This document shows, in pieces, positions 14,038 to 24,603 of a DNA stretch of 64,000 nucleotides. The notes under the pieces are model-generated. The model was not told the origin of the DNA and did no database searches. It worked only from the letters and a program-made list of their open reading frames with translations. The translations under genes and the position numbers were made by a program. Source of the stretch: Eledone cirrhosa (Eukaryota); the NCBI GenBank assembly GCA_964016885.1, contig OZ024749.1, positions 42,284,001-42,348,000 of the forward strand. The letters run 5' to 3'. The first letter of the stretch is position 1. The number at the start of each line of letters is the position of its first letter.

Positions 14038-14145
14038 GTGATGATTTCAAAAGAATGGAAAAGCCCTAGTCCTGTAGAAGGCATTTCTATATGGAATATG
14101 TATTTTCTCTAAATGTATTGAGTACTTAATTTAACTGTGGTTATC
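14038..14145 (+). mobile_element. Decayed family B pLTR-like copy
   Basis: GTGATGATTTC...GAATGGAAA...CTAGTCCTGTAGAAGGCATTTCTATA...ATGTATTGAGTAC homologous to 30267-30390. Confidence 0.6.
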
Positions 14146-14184
14146 TTCCGTGCCTCTTCTTCACATAAACCATTCTTATAAATA

Positions 14185-14265
<81 letters not shown>

Positions 14266-14289
14266 ATATTAATAAATGGAAACTATATT

Positions 14290-14355
14290 TATTTTATTAT
14301 ACATATTTCAAGGGCCACCAAGGCAAATTATGGTGCGCTTTCATCAGATAAAATA
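14290..14355 (-). ncRNA. Minimal type I hammerhead ribozyme candidate (A1)
   Basis: TATTTTAT-CTGATGA-AAGCGCACCA..TGGTGGCCCTT-GAAA-TATGTA-TA-ATAAAATA: 8-bp perfect stem I, intact core, AUA cleavage triplet, very short stem III. Confidence 0.7.
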
Positions 14356-14488
14356 CAGATTTGTTTTATAAATAAATATTGAGATACCCGGAAAAAGACA
14401 ACCTCAACGGTTGGAGCTTCCTGGATAGTCCAACCGTGAAGGTTGTCTTTTTCCGGGTATGTCAATATCTATTTATAAAACAAATCTG

Positions 14489-14557
14489 TATTTTATCTGA
14501 TGAAAGCGCACCATAATTTGCCTTGGTTGCCCTTGAAATATATATAATACAAAAATA
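14489..14557 (+). ncRNA. Minimal type I hammerhead ribozyme candidate (A2)
   Basis: TATTTTAT-CTGATGA(14497)-AAGCGCACCA/TGGTTGCCCTT-GAAA(14535)-TATATATA-ATACAAAAATA; stem I 3' strand interrupted. Confidence 0.6.
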
Positions 14558-14712
14558 AATATGGTTTTATAAATATAGTTTCCATTTATTAATATATTGT
14601 GTATTTACTCCACTAACTTGTTGAGTGCTTTATATCAGTTATAAAAATGTTTAAGCTTGTTGAATCCCAACAAATGAAATAAAACCTCTGTCTGTCTCTG
14701 TCTCTCTCTCTC

Positions 14713-14777
<65 letters not shown>

Positions 14778-15000
14778 ACATACACGTTTGTTTAGTATTC
14801 ATAATACAAAATATCGTCATTAATGGTGACTGTTATACTATGTTGACTAATAGTATAGGAGTCCTTCATTAAGTCAATCTTTAGTCTAATTTACACATAA
14901 AACAAGCTACATATATGTGTATATATATATACACACATACAGAGAGAGAGTGTGTGTGTATATACATACATACAGGGTATCATTGTACTATAGACGGTGA

Positions 15001-15166
15001 AAATTTGATTTAGTATATAGATCGAGGTTAGTAATATGATGACTAAACAAACGTGTATGCATACTCTCTCTCTCTCTCTATAGAGAGAGAGAGAGAGAGA
15101 GAGAGAGTATACATACACGTTTGTTAAGTCATCATATTACTAACCTCGATCTATATACTAAATCAA

Positions 15167-15170
<4 letters not shown>
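15001..15170. repeat. Near-perfect 170-bp palindrome centred on (TC)n-TATA-(GA)n
   Basis: AAATTTGATTTAGTATATAGATCGAGGTTAGTAATATGATGACT... pairs with ...AGTCATCATATTACTAACCTCGATCTATATACTAAATCAAATTT. Confidence 0.9.
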
Positions 15171-15232
<62 letters not shown>

Positions 15233-15352
15233 CAGAGGTTAAGTTACACGAAGGCTTGAACAATAATCATACAATCATACTTGATTGTCAACATGGCTTG
15301 TCTGTCAACACTAGATATTTTATTGTCGATGAGAATTTTGGCTTATACATAC

Positions 15353-15414
<62 letters not shown>

Positions 15415-15492
15415 TGAGTTTTGACATATCTTATTCACTACCATGACTGAATCTTAACCATCTACTATGTCAAGGTATGTCATGCATCATCT

Positions 15493-15559
15493 TATTTTGT
15501 CTGATGGGGACGTACTGTTGAAGTTAGCTCAGTACCACTGAAATATGTATAATAAAATA
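15493..15559 (+). ncRNA. Hammerhead ribozyme candidate (A4) with unrelated stem II
   Basis: TATTTTGT-CTGATGG-..GTACTG/CAGTAC..-GAAA-TATGTATA-ATAAAATA; one core change (A9G). Confidence 0.55.
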
Positions 15560-15600
15560 TACTTGATCACACGAATGTCTATTTTTGTTAATATTTTGAA

Positions 15601-15659
<59 letters not shown>

Positions 15660-15814
15660 ATGCAAAAGTCAAACAGAAATAAAGAAAACGACACAGGACA
15701 ATGAAGAAATATATTAGTTTTACGCTTGATATTCACATACGCTGCTATATCAAGCGTTAACCTAATATATCCCTTCCATATACTGTACCGACTGTGTTGT
15801 TATTTCTGTTTACC

Positions 15815-15851
<37 letters not shown>

Positions 15852-15928
15852 CAGGGTGTCCAAAAGAATTATACACACTTCAACAGCATTCTAATCAAAT
15901 GTCTATACATTTTTGGGGGTACAGCCTG
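15852..15928. mobile_element. mariner-type MITE (M1)
   Basis: TA|CAGGGTGTCCAAAA...TTTTGGGGGTACAGCCTG|TA. Confidence 0.7.
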
Positions 15929-15932
15929 TATA

Positions 15933-16140
15933 TATGGGAATGGTCAAGTTGCCAAAAAAAGAATCATACGCACCATATGATTATCAATTCGTCTTTATCA
16001 CTAGTTATTTGTTAGTTATTAGTATGACGACTTAACGAATAACTAGTAATAACAATACACTGATAATGATATGGTACCCTTCCCAAATATAACAATATCG
16101 GTTTCAACACACGATCTCATACCAAGAATCCCGCAAAACA
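15933..16140. mobile_element. Degenerate fold-back family C copy
   Basis: Ends CCCAAATATAACAATATCGGTTTCAACAC.CG...AAGAATC as at 57317-57370; inverted left arm present. Confidence 0.55.
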
Positions 16141-16145
16141 AATAC

Positions 16146-16188
<43 letters not shown>

Positions 16189-16407
16189 GTTACATTATTA
16201 TATAAATCCACACAAAAATGTGTTTATATATATTTAATATATCTATACGTGTGCGTGTGTGTACACGTGTGCATGTTTATGTGTTTAAATATCAATACAT
16301 ATATGTGTGTGTGTGTATTTTAACCATCATGACCAGTGCCATGCTGGAGCAACGCTGTGAATATGGGCGTATATACACACACACATATACATACACACAT
16401 ATATATG

Positions 16408-16473
<66 letters not shown>

Positions 16474-16529
16474 CAAACATTTATTTGTGTCTGTATTTCA
16501 TTTCTGAAAGAATTGTCAGCGATTTATAA

Positions 16530-16564
<35 letters not shown>

Positions 16565-16572
16565 GTATGTAT

Positions 16573-16607
<35 letters not shown>

Positions 16608-16823
16608 CATATGTGTGTATGTGGGTGCATATGTAGTATGGTTTACATATCTGATGATTCACAATCTGTCGAGAAACTCTGACTAGCAATTCTATGTGAA
16701 TGCGTCTGCTTGCGAACAACAAACATATTTATATGTACACACAGAGTGCTTATTCAGTTCATGTACACACATATATATATATATCCAATAATAATAATAA
16801 TAATAATATAAGTAAACAACTCC

Positions 16824-17010
16824 ACTATCCGGGAGCTTCCAACAGTAATGGTTGCATTTTTTAAGGGTATGTCAATATTTATTTATAAAACTGATCTATA
16901 TTATATTTTGTCTGATGAAAGCACACCATAATTTAACTTGGTGTCCTTGAAATATGTATAATGAAATAAATATGGTTTTATAAATATAGTTTCCATTTAT
17001 TAATATCGTA
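16824..17010 (+). mobile_element. Solo family A pLTR-like copy with hammerhead candidate A3 (16904-16968)
   Basis: TATTTTGT-CTGATGA-AAGCACACCA/TGGTGTCCTT-GAAA-TATGTATA-ATGAAATA; collinear with the arm at 14429-14600. Confidence 0.7.
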
Positions 17011-17399
17011 TATATATATATATATATAGAATAAGGAAAAGCGAAGTATATATATACGCACACACATAGTATTTAGCCTTAGTAACACACTAGTTAGCCT
17101 TAGTAAAATATATATCCACTCGTGTAAACTCATATGTCGATCAAGAGTCGAGATCCGATCGCATGATTAAACCAGAGTTGATCGATATGGAAACAAATTG
17201 TAATATGAAATATAGTTTACCAAAAGCTGCAATTCTTATTGTCACTTTATACATATATATAGATTCGCATAAACAAGGGTTAACCTAGTCACAAATATAT
17301 ATATTATCATTATATATGTATGTATTATGGTACGTGAAATAATATAATAGAAGTGTAGATTATACACATATCATATGTATGAATATGTGTTGTGTTTTG

Positions 17400-17660
17400 C
17401 TTACCTCCAACAGACAACTTAAATATCTCCCTTGTCCCAGAAAAAAACTTTGATGGCTGACGTTACGACACTTGTGTTGTACGCAGAGACGGTGGTAGGC
17501 GGAAACTAACGAACTCTGTACGACTAAGCAACCCGTCATTCTTCGGCTGTTTCCGGTTTCGATCCGATCATCGATCGGGAACGACTGACAGTAGTACAGG
17601 AGGAGTAGTAACAGAAGGCTGAGAAAGCGAAGGTAAAAGACGGAACGTGAGGAGCAGGAA
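17400..17660. promoter_or_regulatory. CpG-rich unique island, possible promoter or first exon(s)
   Basis: Local CpG enrichment; TGACGT, GGCGGAAA and TTCCGG motifs; outward-facing donor-like sites. Confidence 0.3.
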
Positions 17661-18105
17661 TAGGAAAGAACGTGGTAAAGTGAGAGGGAAAGGAAAGGAG
17701 GGAAATTGGTATAGAGAGTGAAAGAGGGTAGGAGGAAACATGAACAGTTTTCCTCTTACCATTTCTATTTTCCAACTCCACTTCCTTCTCTTATTCATCT
17801 TATTTCTCACTCTCTCTGTTTTGACTATTACCCTTTCTATATTTCCCCCCTCTCTCGCTTGATCTTTTTCTTCTTCCGCCATCGCTCCCCCTCATCATCA
17901 TCATCATCATCATCATCATTACCAGTTCTTTATCTTCCACTTCAGAGTTCAACCAAATTTACCTTGGTGATTACACACCATGACGAAATACTTGCAGGTT
18001 TGGTGCTACCATTAAGGCTAACTAGACAGCCTCCAAGAACGCAGACCTTAAGATGTACATTACTGAACCTTAAAGGACCACGGTCTTGTTCAAATTTATA
18101 TATGT

Positions 18106-18341
18106 AACTAGCGAAAGAGTCCGTCGTAGCCTAACACAGCCCCACTCCTCAACATGGCTGTCTTTACATAGCCCCCAGAACTCTGATATTTTAGGGGAGA
18201 GAAAGATTTAAACTATATGTTGACATGCTCCCGGAACTAAATAACCTATGTTTCAAATTTGAACTAAATCGGATGGAAACTGGAAATGCATCGCCTGCCT
18301 ACAGAGAGACAGACATTTTCGTTTCTATATGTATATATAGA
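18106..18341 (+). mobile_element. Helentron/DINE-like non-autonomous element
   Basis: Starts AACTAGC, contains CAAATTT...AAATCGG and ACAGA repeats, ends TATATATAGAT. Confidence 0.55.
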
Positions 18342-18399
18342 TTAACTTAGATATATGATAATTTCCTGCGATTAATAAATAAATCACTTAAATATATTT

Positions 18400-18540
18400 C
18401 CGCGTAGCAGCGTTTGTGGAAATATCCAAAGTGGTGGAAGGGGTCGTATGGTATTATGGCCTGTCACATGATTTGGCGTGGGTGAGTGTGGACTGTGAAG
18501 AGGAAAATGCATGCTTAGTAATATTCTTACTATAGTTAGA
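18400..18540 (+). repeat. Dispersed repeat; second copy ~63600-63745
   Basis: Shared GTCACATGATTT..CGTGGGTGAGTGTGGACTGTG.AG.GGAAAAT.CA.GCTTAG.AAT.TTCTTA. Confidence 0.75.
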
Positions 18541-18820
18541 GCACAAAGTGTCACTCAGGATGGCGGACATGCACAGCCGTGAATGTATTTGTGTATGTGT
18601 GTGTGTGTGTGTGTGTTTGTTGGACCTCCGTCGGTTCCAACGACGAATGTTCCAGAAACTGCCTGCTAGTAAAATGTTACATCACGAAATTGTTAGAGCA
18701 TCGGAGTAAATATTTTGTAGCATATAGTTACATCCCTTTACGGTCTGAGTTCAAATCTGGCCGATGTTTGCTTTGCCTTTCATCTGGATAAAGAGCAAAA
18801 ACTCTGAAACAATTGTCGAT

Positions 18821-18880
18821 TGTTTTCTCTCAGCTACCACTGGAACAAAAGGATGTTCCAGTGGTAGCTGAGAGAAAACA
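18821..18880. repeat. Perfect 27-bp-arm hairpin, 6-nt loop
   Basis: TGTTTTCTCTCAGCTACCACTGGAACA-AAAGGA-TGTTCCAGTGGTAGCTGAGAGAAAACA. Confidence 0.95.
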
Positions 18881-19015
18881 TTTAGAGAACACACAAGGTG
18901 TTTAAGAGGCTGTTTGCTTGCAAACAAACCGAATATCAATGATATTATGATATAATAATATTATTATTCATTCATGAATACATTTAGATACCCACCATGT
19001 TAAGAGCGAAAACAA

Positions 19016-19047
<32 letters not shown>

Positions 19048-19152
19048 TAAACTGTAAAAGATATATGTATATATAGCAAGAAAGAACCATATATCGTAGC
19101 TTGTTTATTGAGAAACACAAAATTCTAACATATTTGATGTGTTTTGATTCCT

Positions 19153-19184
<32 letters not shown>

Positions 19185-19340
19185 TGTATGTATGTATGTA
19201 TGTATGTATGTATGTGTGTATGTATGTGTGTGCGTGTGTGTGTGTGCGTGTGTGTGTGTGTACATATGCAGAATTAATTAAAAAGAAATTAAAATTTAAA
19301 TACAATCTGGTAAAAACTGAGATTGAATGATAAACAAAAT

Positions 19341-19517
19341 AATTGTTTCTACTTTAGGCACAAGGCCAGCAATTACCAGTATATTACTGGTACTTTATTT
19401 TATCGACCCCGTAAGGATGAAAGGCAAAGTCAACCTCGGCGGGATTTGAACTCAGATCGTAAAGGGACGTAACTATGCTGGAAAGCATGGCGTCCGACCC
19501 TCTACTGATACTGCCAA
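19341..19517 (-). mobile_element. S2 SINE copy
   Basis: Near-identical to 58865-59051. Confidence 0.9.
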
Positions 19518-19977
19518 ATAATGATTTAAATATAGTATATAGTTAATTTATAAAAAAAAATAGAAATTAATTAAAAATAAAATTTTCAGATGACCGATAA
19601 ATTGTAATTTTCCAAACAAATTGATAGATTAGTCTTTGCTTGGTCATTCGATAATTTCTTTTTTTATCTTTTATTAGTTATTGATTGTAATTGTTGATGT
19701 TTTTAGTTGTTGTTATTGTTGATATTTTTGTTGTTGTTTTTGTTGTTGTTGCTGTTATTGTTGTTGTTTTTGTTGTTGCTGTTGTTTTTATTTTTATTTT
19801 TATTTTTTATTATTGTTATTGTATTGTTGTTTTGTTGCTGATATTGTAGCTATTATTGTTGCTGCTTTACTGTTGCTTAGCAACAGCACAAGCCTGATTG
19901 AACAGACACCTATAATCAAAGGTGTTGCTATAGTAACCATTCCGTCTCATTTACCTAGGACTACATTATCCAGAGTA

Positions 19978-20170
19978 TGTGGCCTAGTGGTTAGAGTTTT
20001 AGGGTTCGAAATTGTAAGGTCATGGGTTTGATTCCCAGACTGAGTACTACATTGTGCCCTTGTGCAAGGCACGTTATTTCATGTTGCTCTAGTTCACTCA
20101 GGCGAAAGAAATGAATACCAGCAGTAACTGTTGGTCAACCTTGTGAAGGATTGGCATCCTATCCAGGAGG
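19978..20170 (+). mobile_element. CORE-like SINE relative (head + CORE)
   Basis: A box TGGCCTAGTGG, B-box-like GGTTTGATTCC, then CCTTGTGCAAGGCAC. Confidence 0.7.
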
Positions 20171-20391
20171 AAGTCTTGCACTTATATTTTCTTTAGCACT
20201 GTCTCATGAATAGGGCCAATATTAGACTAAAATATTGATAAGAAAACATATTTTTTCACAATGACTCAGCTTTTAAACAGTTATTCCATATATATATATA
20301 TAAATCAGGATGGATTCAGTTTGAAACTGGTTAGACTATTACTCAACAGTATACTCCATACTTGGGGTAGTAGAGTATGGTCATATATTAA

Positions 20392-20494
20392 AGAGTCAGG
20401 ACCCGACAGCTGAGCTCTTGCCATTTCAACAGCTAGTTCCAGACTGGAATTAGCTGTTGAAATGGCAAGAGCTCAGCCGTCGGGTCTCGACTCT
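20392..20494. repeat. ~100-bp near-perfect palindrome
   Basis: GACCCGACAGCTGAGCTCTTGCCATTTCAACAGCTAGTTCCAG-A-CTGGAATTAGCTGTTGAAATGGCAAGAGCTCAGCCGTCGGGTC. Confidence 0.9.
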
Positions 20495-20524
20495 CTATAA
20501 TAAATAAATATATATATGTGTGTG

Positions 20525-20950
20525 TGTGTGTGTGTGCGTACTGTTGCATGGAAATGAATCATGGACAATAAATGTAGAGGATATACAAAAACCAGAGAGA
20601 AATGAAGCAAGCATGCTTTGATGGATATGTGATGTTAATATGCATGAATGACATAGTATGGAAGGATTCAGAGCAAAGCTGAGTATACGAGGAAACAAAT
20701 GAAATGTGTAACAGACAAGACTGCATTAGTTTGGACAATGTGAGGCATATAAGATGATGGTTGTTGGATGAAGAAGTGGCAGGAGCTCCCAGTGGAAGGA
20801 AGCTGCAGTAGAGGATGGCTGAGGAAAATCTGGGCAGAAGTGGTGAGATGACAAAGGAACATAACAAGTGAAGTGAGGATGTGTTGGATAAAGACCCATC
20901 CAATCCATACAAGCATGGAAAAACAGACATAAAATTGATGATAATGATGA
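20525..20950 (+). mobile_element. Decayed RTE LINE 3' fragment
   Basis: Homologous to 42655-43031 (GTGGAAGGAAG...GGGCAGAAGTGGTGAG...(TGA)n tail). Confidence 0.75.
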
Positions 20951-21078
20951 TATGTGTATGTATATATATATATATATGTGTGTGTGTATGTATGTATGCA
21001 GATGTGTATGAGTATGTGTGTATGCATACACATATGTGCATACATGTCTGCACACATACATGTGTGTGTACATACATG

Positions 21079-21247
21079 CAGTGCCAGATTTAGGACAAAT
21101 GAGGCCCTATGCTAGTTAAGTTACGAGGCCCCATATTTGGGTCCTGAAGGAGGTAAAAAAAACTTTTTGGCAAGAAAATGGGGCCCCCTCTAGCCAGCAG
21201 GGGCCCGTGCTTCAGCACACCTAAGCACAATGGTAAATTCAGCACTG
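21079..21247. mobile_element. hAT-type MITE with perfect 8-bp TSD
   Basis: CATACATG|CAGTGCCAGATTTA...TAAATTCAGCACTG|CATACATG; internal GGCCC motifs. Confidence 0.9.
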
Positions 21248-21939
21248 CATACATGTGTGCATATGCGTACATGTGTGTACGTACCAAATTTGATTCACAG
21301 ATATTTGTAAGATTTGATTTGATTTCATTTGAGAAAAACTATAACAAAATGTGATTTGAAAGGTAATCTGGCTGCTATTTCTAGCCTGTCAATCAATCAA
21401 CAACATGAATATATCCCTTCTCTGTCCGCTCTACATTTATTGATTGTTCTGTATGTGTATGTATTTAAGTGAGTGTGCTTTACTGCGCGTGTGTGTGTTT
21501 ATGTATGTGTTTATGCGTGCATATGAGTATGCATTTGTACGTATGGATGTATTTGTGTGTATATATATGTTTGTATACGTATGGATGTATATGTGTGTAT
21601 ATGTGTATGCATTTGTACATAAGGATGTACTTGTGCATATATGTTTGTATGTATGTGTTTGTGTGTATATGAGTGTGTATGTGTATGTATGTGTATGCAT
21701 ATGTACATATGGGTGTGCTTAAGTGTATATATGTTTGCATCTGTGTGTGTTGTTAGGCAATGTTTAACCCTTGACCTAACACCCCTACCCTCACCCCCAC
21801 CCAAATAACCTTCACAACCCAATGTTTACACTTTCTCCCTGGCTGGTCACCATGACATCACACATTTATCAGGTGGTGGTGATAGTGGTGATGTTGGTGT
21901 TGGTGGTGTTGGGATTATAGCTTTTGTTGTTGGTGGTGG

Positions 21940-23145
21940 TTGTTATTGTTGGTGGTGATGGTGGAATCATGACTGTTGTTGTTGTTAGTGGTGGTGGAGG
22001 TGGTGGTGGTGGTTGTTATTGTTGGTGGTGATGGTGGAATCATGACTGTTGTTGTTGTTATTGGTGGTGGTGGTGTTGATGGTGGAATCATGACTGTTGT
22101 TGTTGTTAGTGGTGGTGGTGGTGGTGGTGGTGGTGGTGTTGATGGTGGAATCATGACTGTTGTTGTTGTTAGTGGTGGTGGTGGTGGTGGTGGTGGTGGT
22201 GATGGTGGAATCATGACTGTTGTTGTTGTTATTGGTGGTGGTGGTGGTGGTGGTGGTGGAATCATGACTGTTGTTGTTGTTATTGGTGGTGGTGGTGGTG
22301 GTGTTGATGGTGGAATCATGACTGTTGTTGTTGTTAGTGGTGGTGGTGGTGGTGGTGGTGATGGTGGAATCATGACTGTTGTTGTTGTTAGTGGTGGTGG
22401 TGGTGGTGGTGGTGGTGGTGGTGGTGGTGGTGGTGGTGGAATCATGACTGTTGTTGTTATTGGTGGTGGTGGTGGTGGTGTTGATGGTGGTGGTGGTGGA
22501 ATCATGACTGTTGTTGTTAGTGGTGGTGGTGGTGGTGGTGGTGGTGGTGGTGGTGGTGGAATCATGACTGTTGTTGTTATTGGTGGTGGTGGTGGTGGTG
22601 TTGATGGTGGTGGTGGTGGAATCATGACTGTTGTTGTTATTGGTGGTGGTGGTGGTGGTGTTGATGGTGGAATCATGACTGTTGTTGTTGTTATTGGTGG
22701 TGGTGGTGGTGGTGGTGTTGATGGTGGAATCATGACTGTTGTTGTTATTGGTGGTGGTGGTGGTGGTGTTGATGGTGGTGGTGGTGGAATCATGACTGTT
22801 GTTGTTAGTGGTGGTGGTGGTGGTGGTGGTGGAATCATGACTGTTGTTGTTATTGGTGGTGGTGGTGGTGGTGTTGATGGTGGTGGTGGTGGAATCATGA
22901 CTGTTGTTGTTATTGGTGGTGGTGGTGGTGGTGTTGATGGTGGAATCATGACTGTTGTTGTTGTTATTGGTGGTGGTGGTGGTGGTGGTGTTGATGGTGG
23001 AATCATCACTGTTGTTGTTATTGGTGGTGGTGGTGGTGGTGTTGATGGTGGAATCATGACTGTTGTTGTTGTTAGTGGTGGTGGTGGTGGTGGTGGTGGT
23101 GGTGGTGGTGGTGGAATCATCACTGTTGTTGTTGTTGTTGGTGGT
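21940..23145. repeat. Compound (GGT)n/(GTT)n array punctuated by GGAATCATGACT
   Basis: About 20 units with a fixed anchor and variable triplet run lengths; source of the Pro/Thr and Gly/Val ORFs. Confidence 0.9.
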
Positions 23146-23817
23146 TTTTATTGAAATATTAGGGTAAAGAATTAAATGTTTATTGTTATGTGGTTATAAT
23201 GAGAAAAACCTGGGACGATTTGATAAATTCCGACCTTACACACTTACACCTCTCTAAGACAATGTCGCTGGACTGAGATCTGTAGTATTACGCAGTAATA
23301 CTAAAAACCCGCCTTGCCTAAGTACAAAGCGAAACCTACAGTCAGTAGGCACCTCTTAATCAAATATACACCCCCCTCCACATCCCCAACTCTCCCACCC
23401 CACCCCAATCAATACCACTCCTTTCTCTGTAAAGTTATGTTGGTACCACAACATTCAGTCCTAAATAAATGAGGTCATGTAGGTGTCACAACAAAAAAAA
23501 AAAAACACAGTCCACGCTGTAATGTGGCCGTGTAGGTAACACAAGTAAAACCTCCCAGTCCACACTGTAAACGTGGTTGGTGTTAGGAAGGGCATCCAGC
23601 CATAGAAAACCTGCCAGACGGTCCCATACGAGCGAGACAACCAATCTTGCCTCAAGCGAGACAATTCCCGTCTAAACCCATGCTAGCGTGGAAGATAGAC
23701 GTTAAACAATGATGATGATGATGATGGATGAATGCTTTTTTTTTTGTTTTGACTTTTCAGGCTACATGAGGTATAGGACATTAAGAATTAATTAATAATT
23801 TTAGTAAATCCCTCAAA

Positions 23818-24240
23818 TTCATCTTCTTCTCCCACTTATTCCTGAGAAAGTTGTAGGGGCAGAGTCCTCAGATATGCTTTCCTGAAGGTCCTATCAGAAG
23901 CAACCATCTACAAATGATCCAGCTGAATCCCCAAGCGAGATCAACAGAGCCTATGTATGTTCTCCAACCATCTTGCTCCTGGTCTACCTCTGGGTCTCTT
24001 GCCAGTTAGCTTTACCCATAAAATTTGTTCTGCTATTCTTTCTTTAGACATACTACCAAATGTCTGTAATATCAGAGCTGTGATCTCTCAATTCAGAGAA
24101 GTAGTGGCTCTACCTGAAGTGACTCTCTGATCTCCAAGCCACCCACCCTTATCGAGTAACATTACTCCAAAGACCCTTTGGTGGAACCCCATTTTGGCCA
24201 CTTGTATTTGCTATCATATTCTTGACCATAGGGTAAGGTA
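23818..24240 (-). mobile_element. Decayed RTE-clade LINE 3' fragment (second RTE family)
   Basis: Minus strand encodes ..IRESLQVEPLLL*IERSQL.. and a KRPRGRP-like segment; homolog at 34321-34555. Confidence 0.7.
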
Positions 24241-24603
24241 AGCACAAACATTGAATTGAAGACAGAAATTTGGCTTTTACACTCATCTCTTCTTCTTCCC
24301 CTTTCTTTCTCTCCTTCTTCTTCTTCGCCTACTTCTTCTTTCTCCTCTACTTCTTCGTTGATTAATTGAAATACAGTATGCAGTATATGTAATTTAGAAA
24401 TATGTTAATGAAAGAGTCAATGGCATCATTGTATTCTTCCTGATGAAGACTGGTTTTGATCACTTGGAGACATTCTTGCTATGTCAATATTTACATTGTC
24501 TCAAAGTATGTATAAAATATCTTCTTACAAGAAAACTCTGTTTACATTCAATTCTTGCTAAATTGATATATTTAAATGATATGGTAGAAAACTTAATAAT
24601 ATT

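Larger units (their letters stand above)
14261..14600. mobile_element. Long fold-back (~155/170-bp arms, 13-nt loop), PLE pLTR-like family A
   Basis: 14261-14415 is the reverse complement of 14429-14600 apart from a few substitutions and one indel; non-folded homolog at 16824-17010. Confidence 0.85.

Noticed and set aside
17132-17205. Stem plus GAAACAAATTGTA resembling a hammerhead 3' half
   Set aside because: No CTGANGA upstream.
21915-23154. Extensin/mucin-like Pro-Thr ORF and antisense Gly-Val ORF
   Set aside because: Triplet-repeat array open on both strands; no unique coding sequence or splice context.
24432-24520. Hammerhead-like CTGATGA-AGAC...GTCT-CAAA-GTATGTATA
   Set aside because: GAAA is mutated and stem I is poor; counted only as a possible relic.
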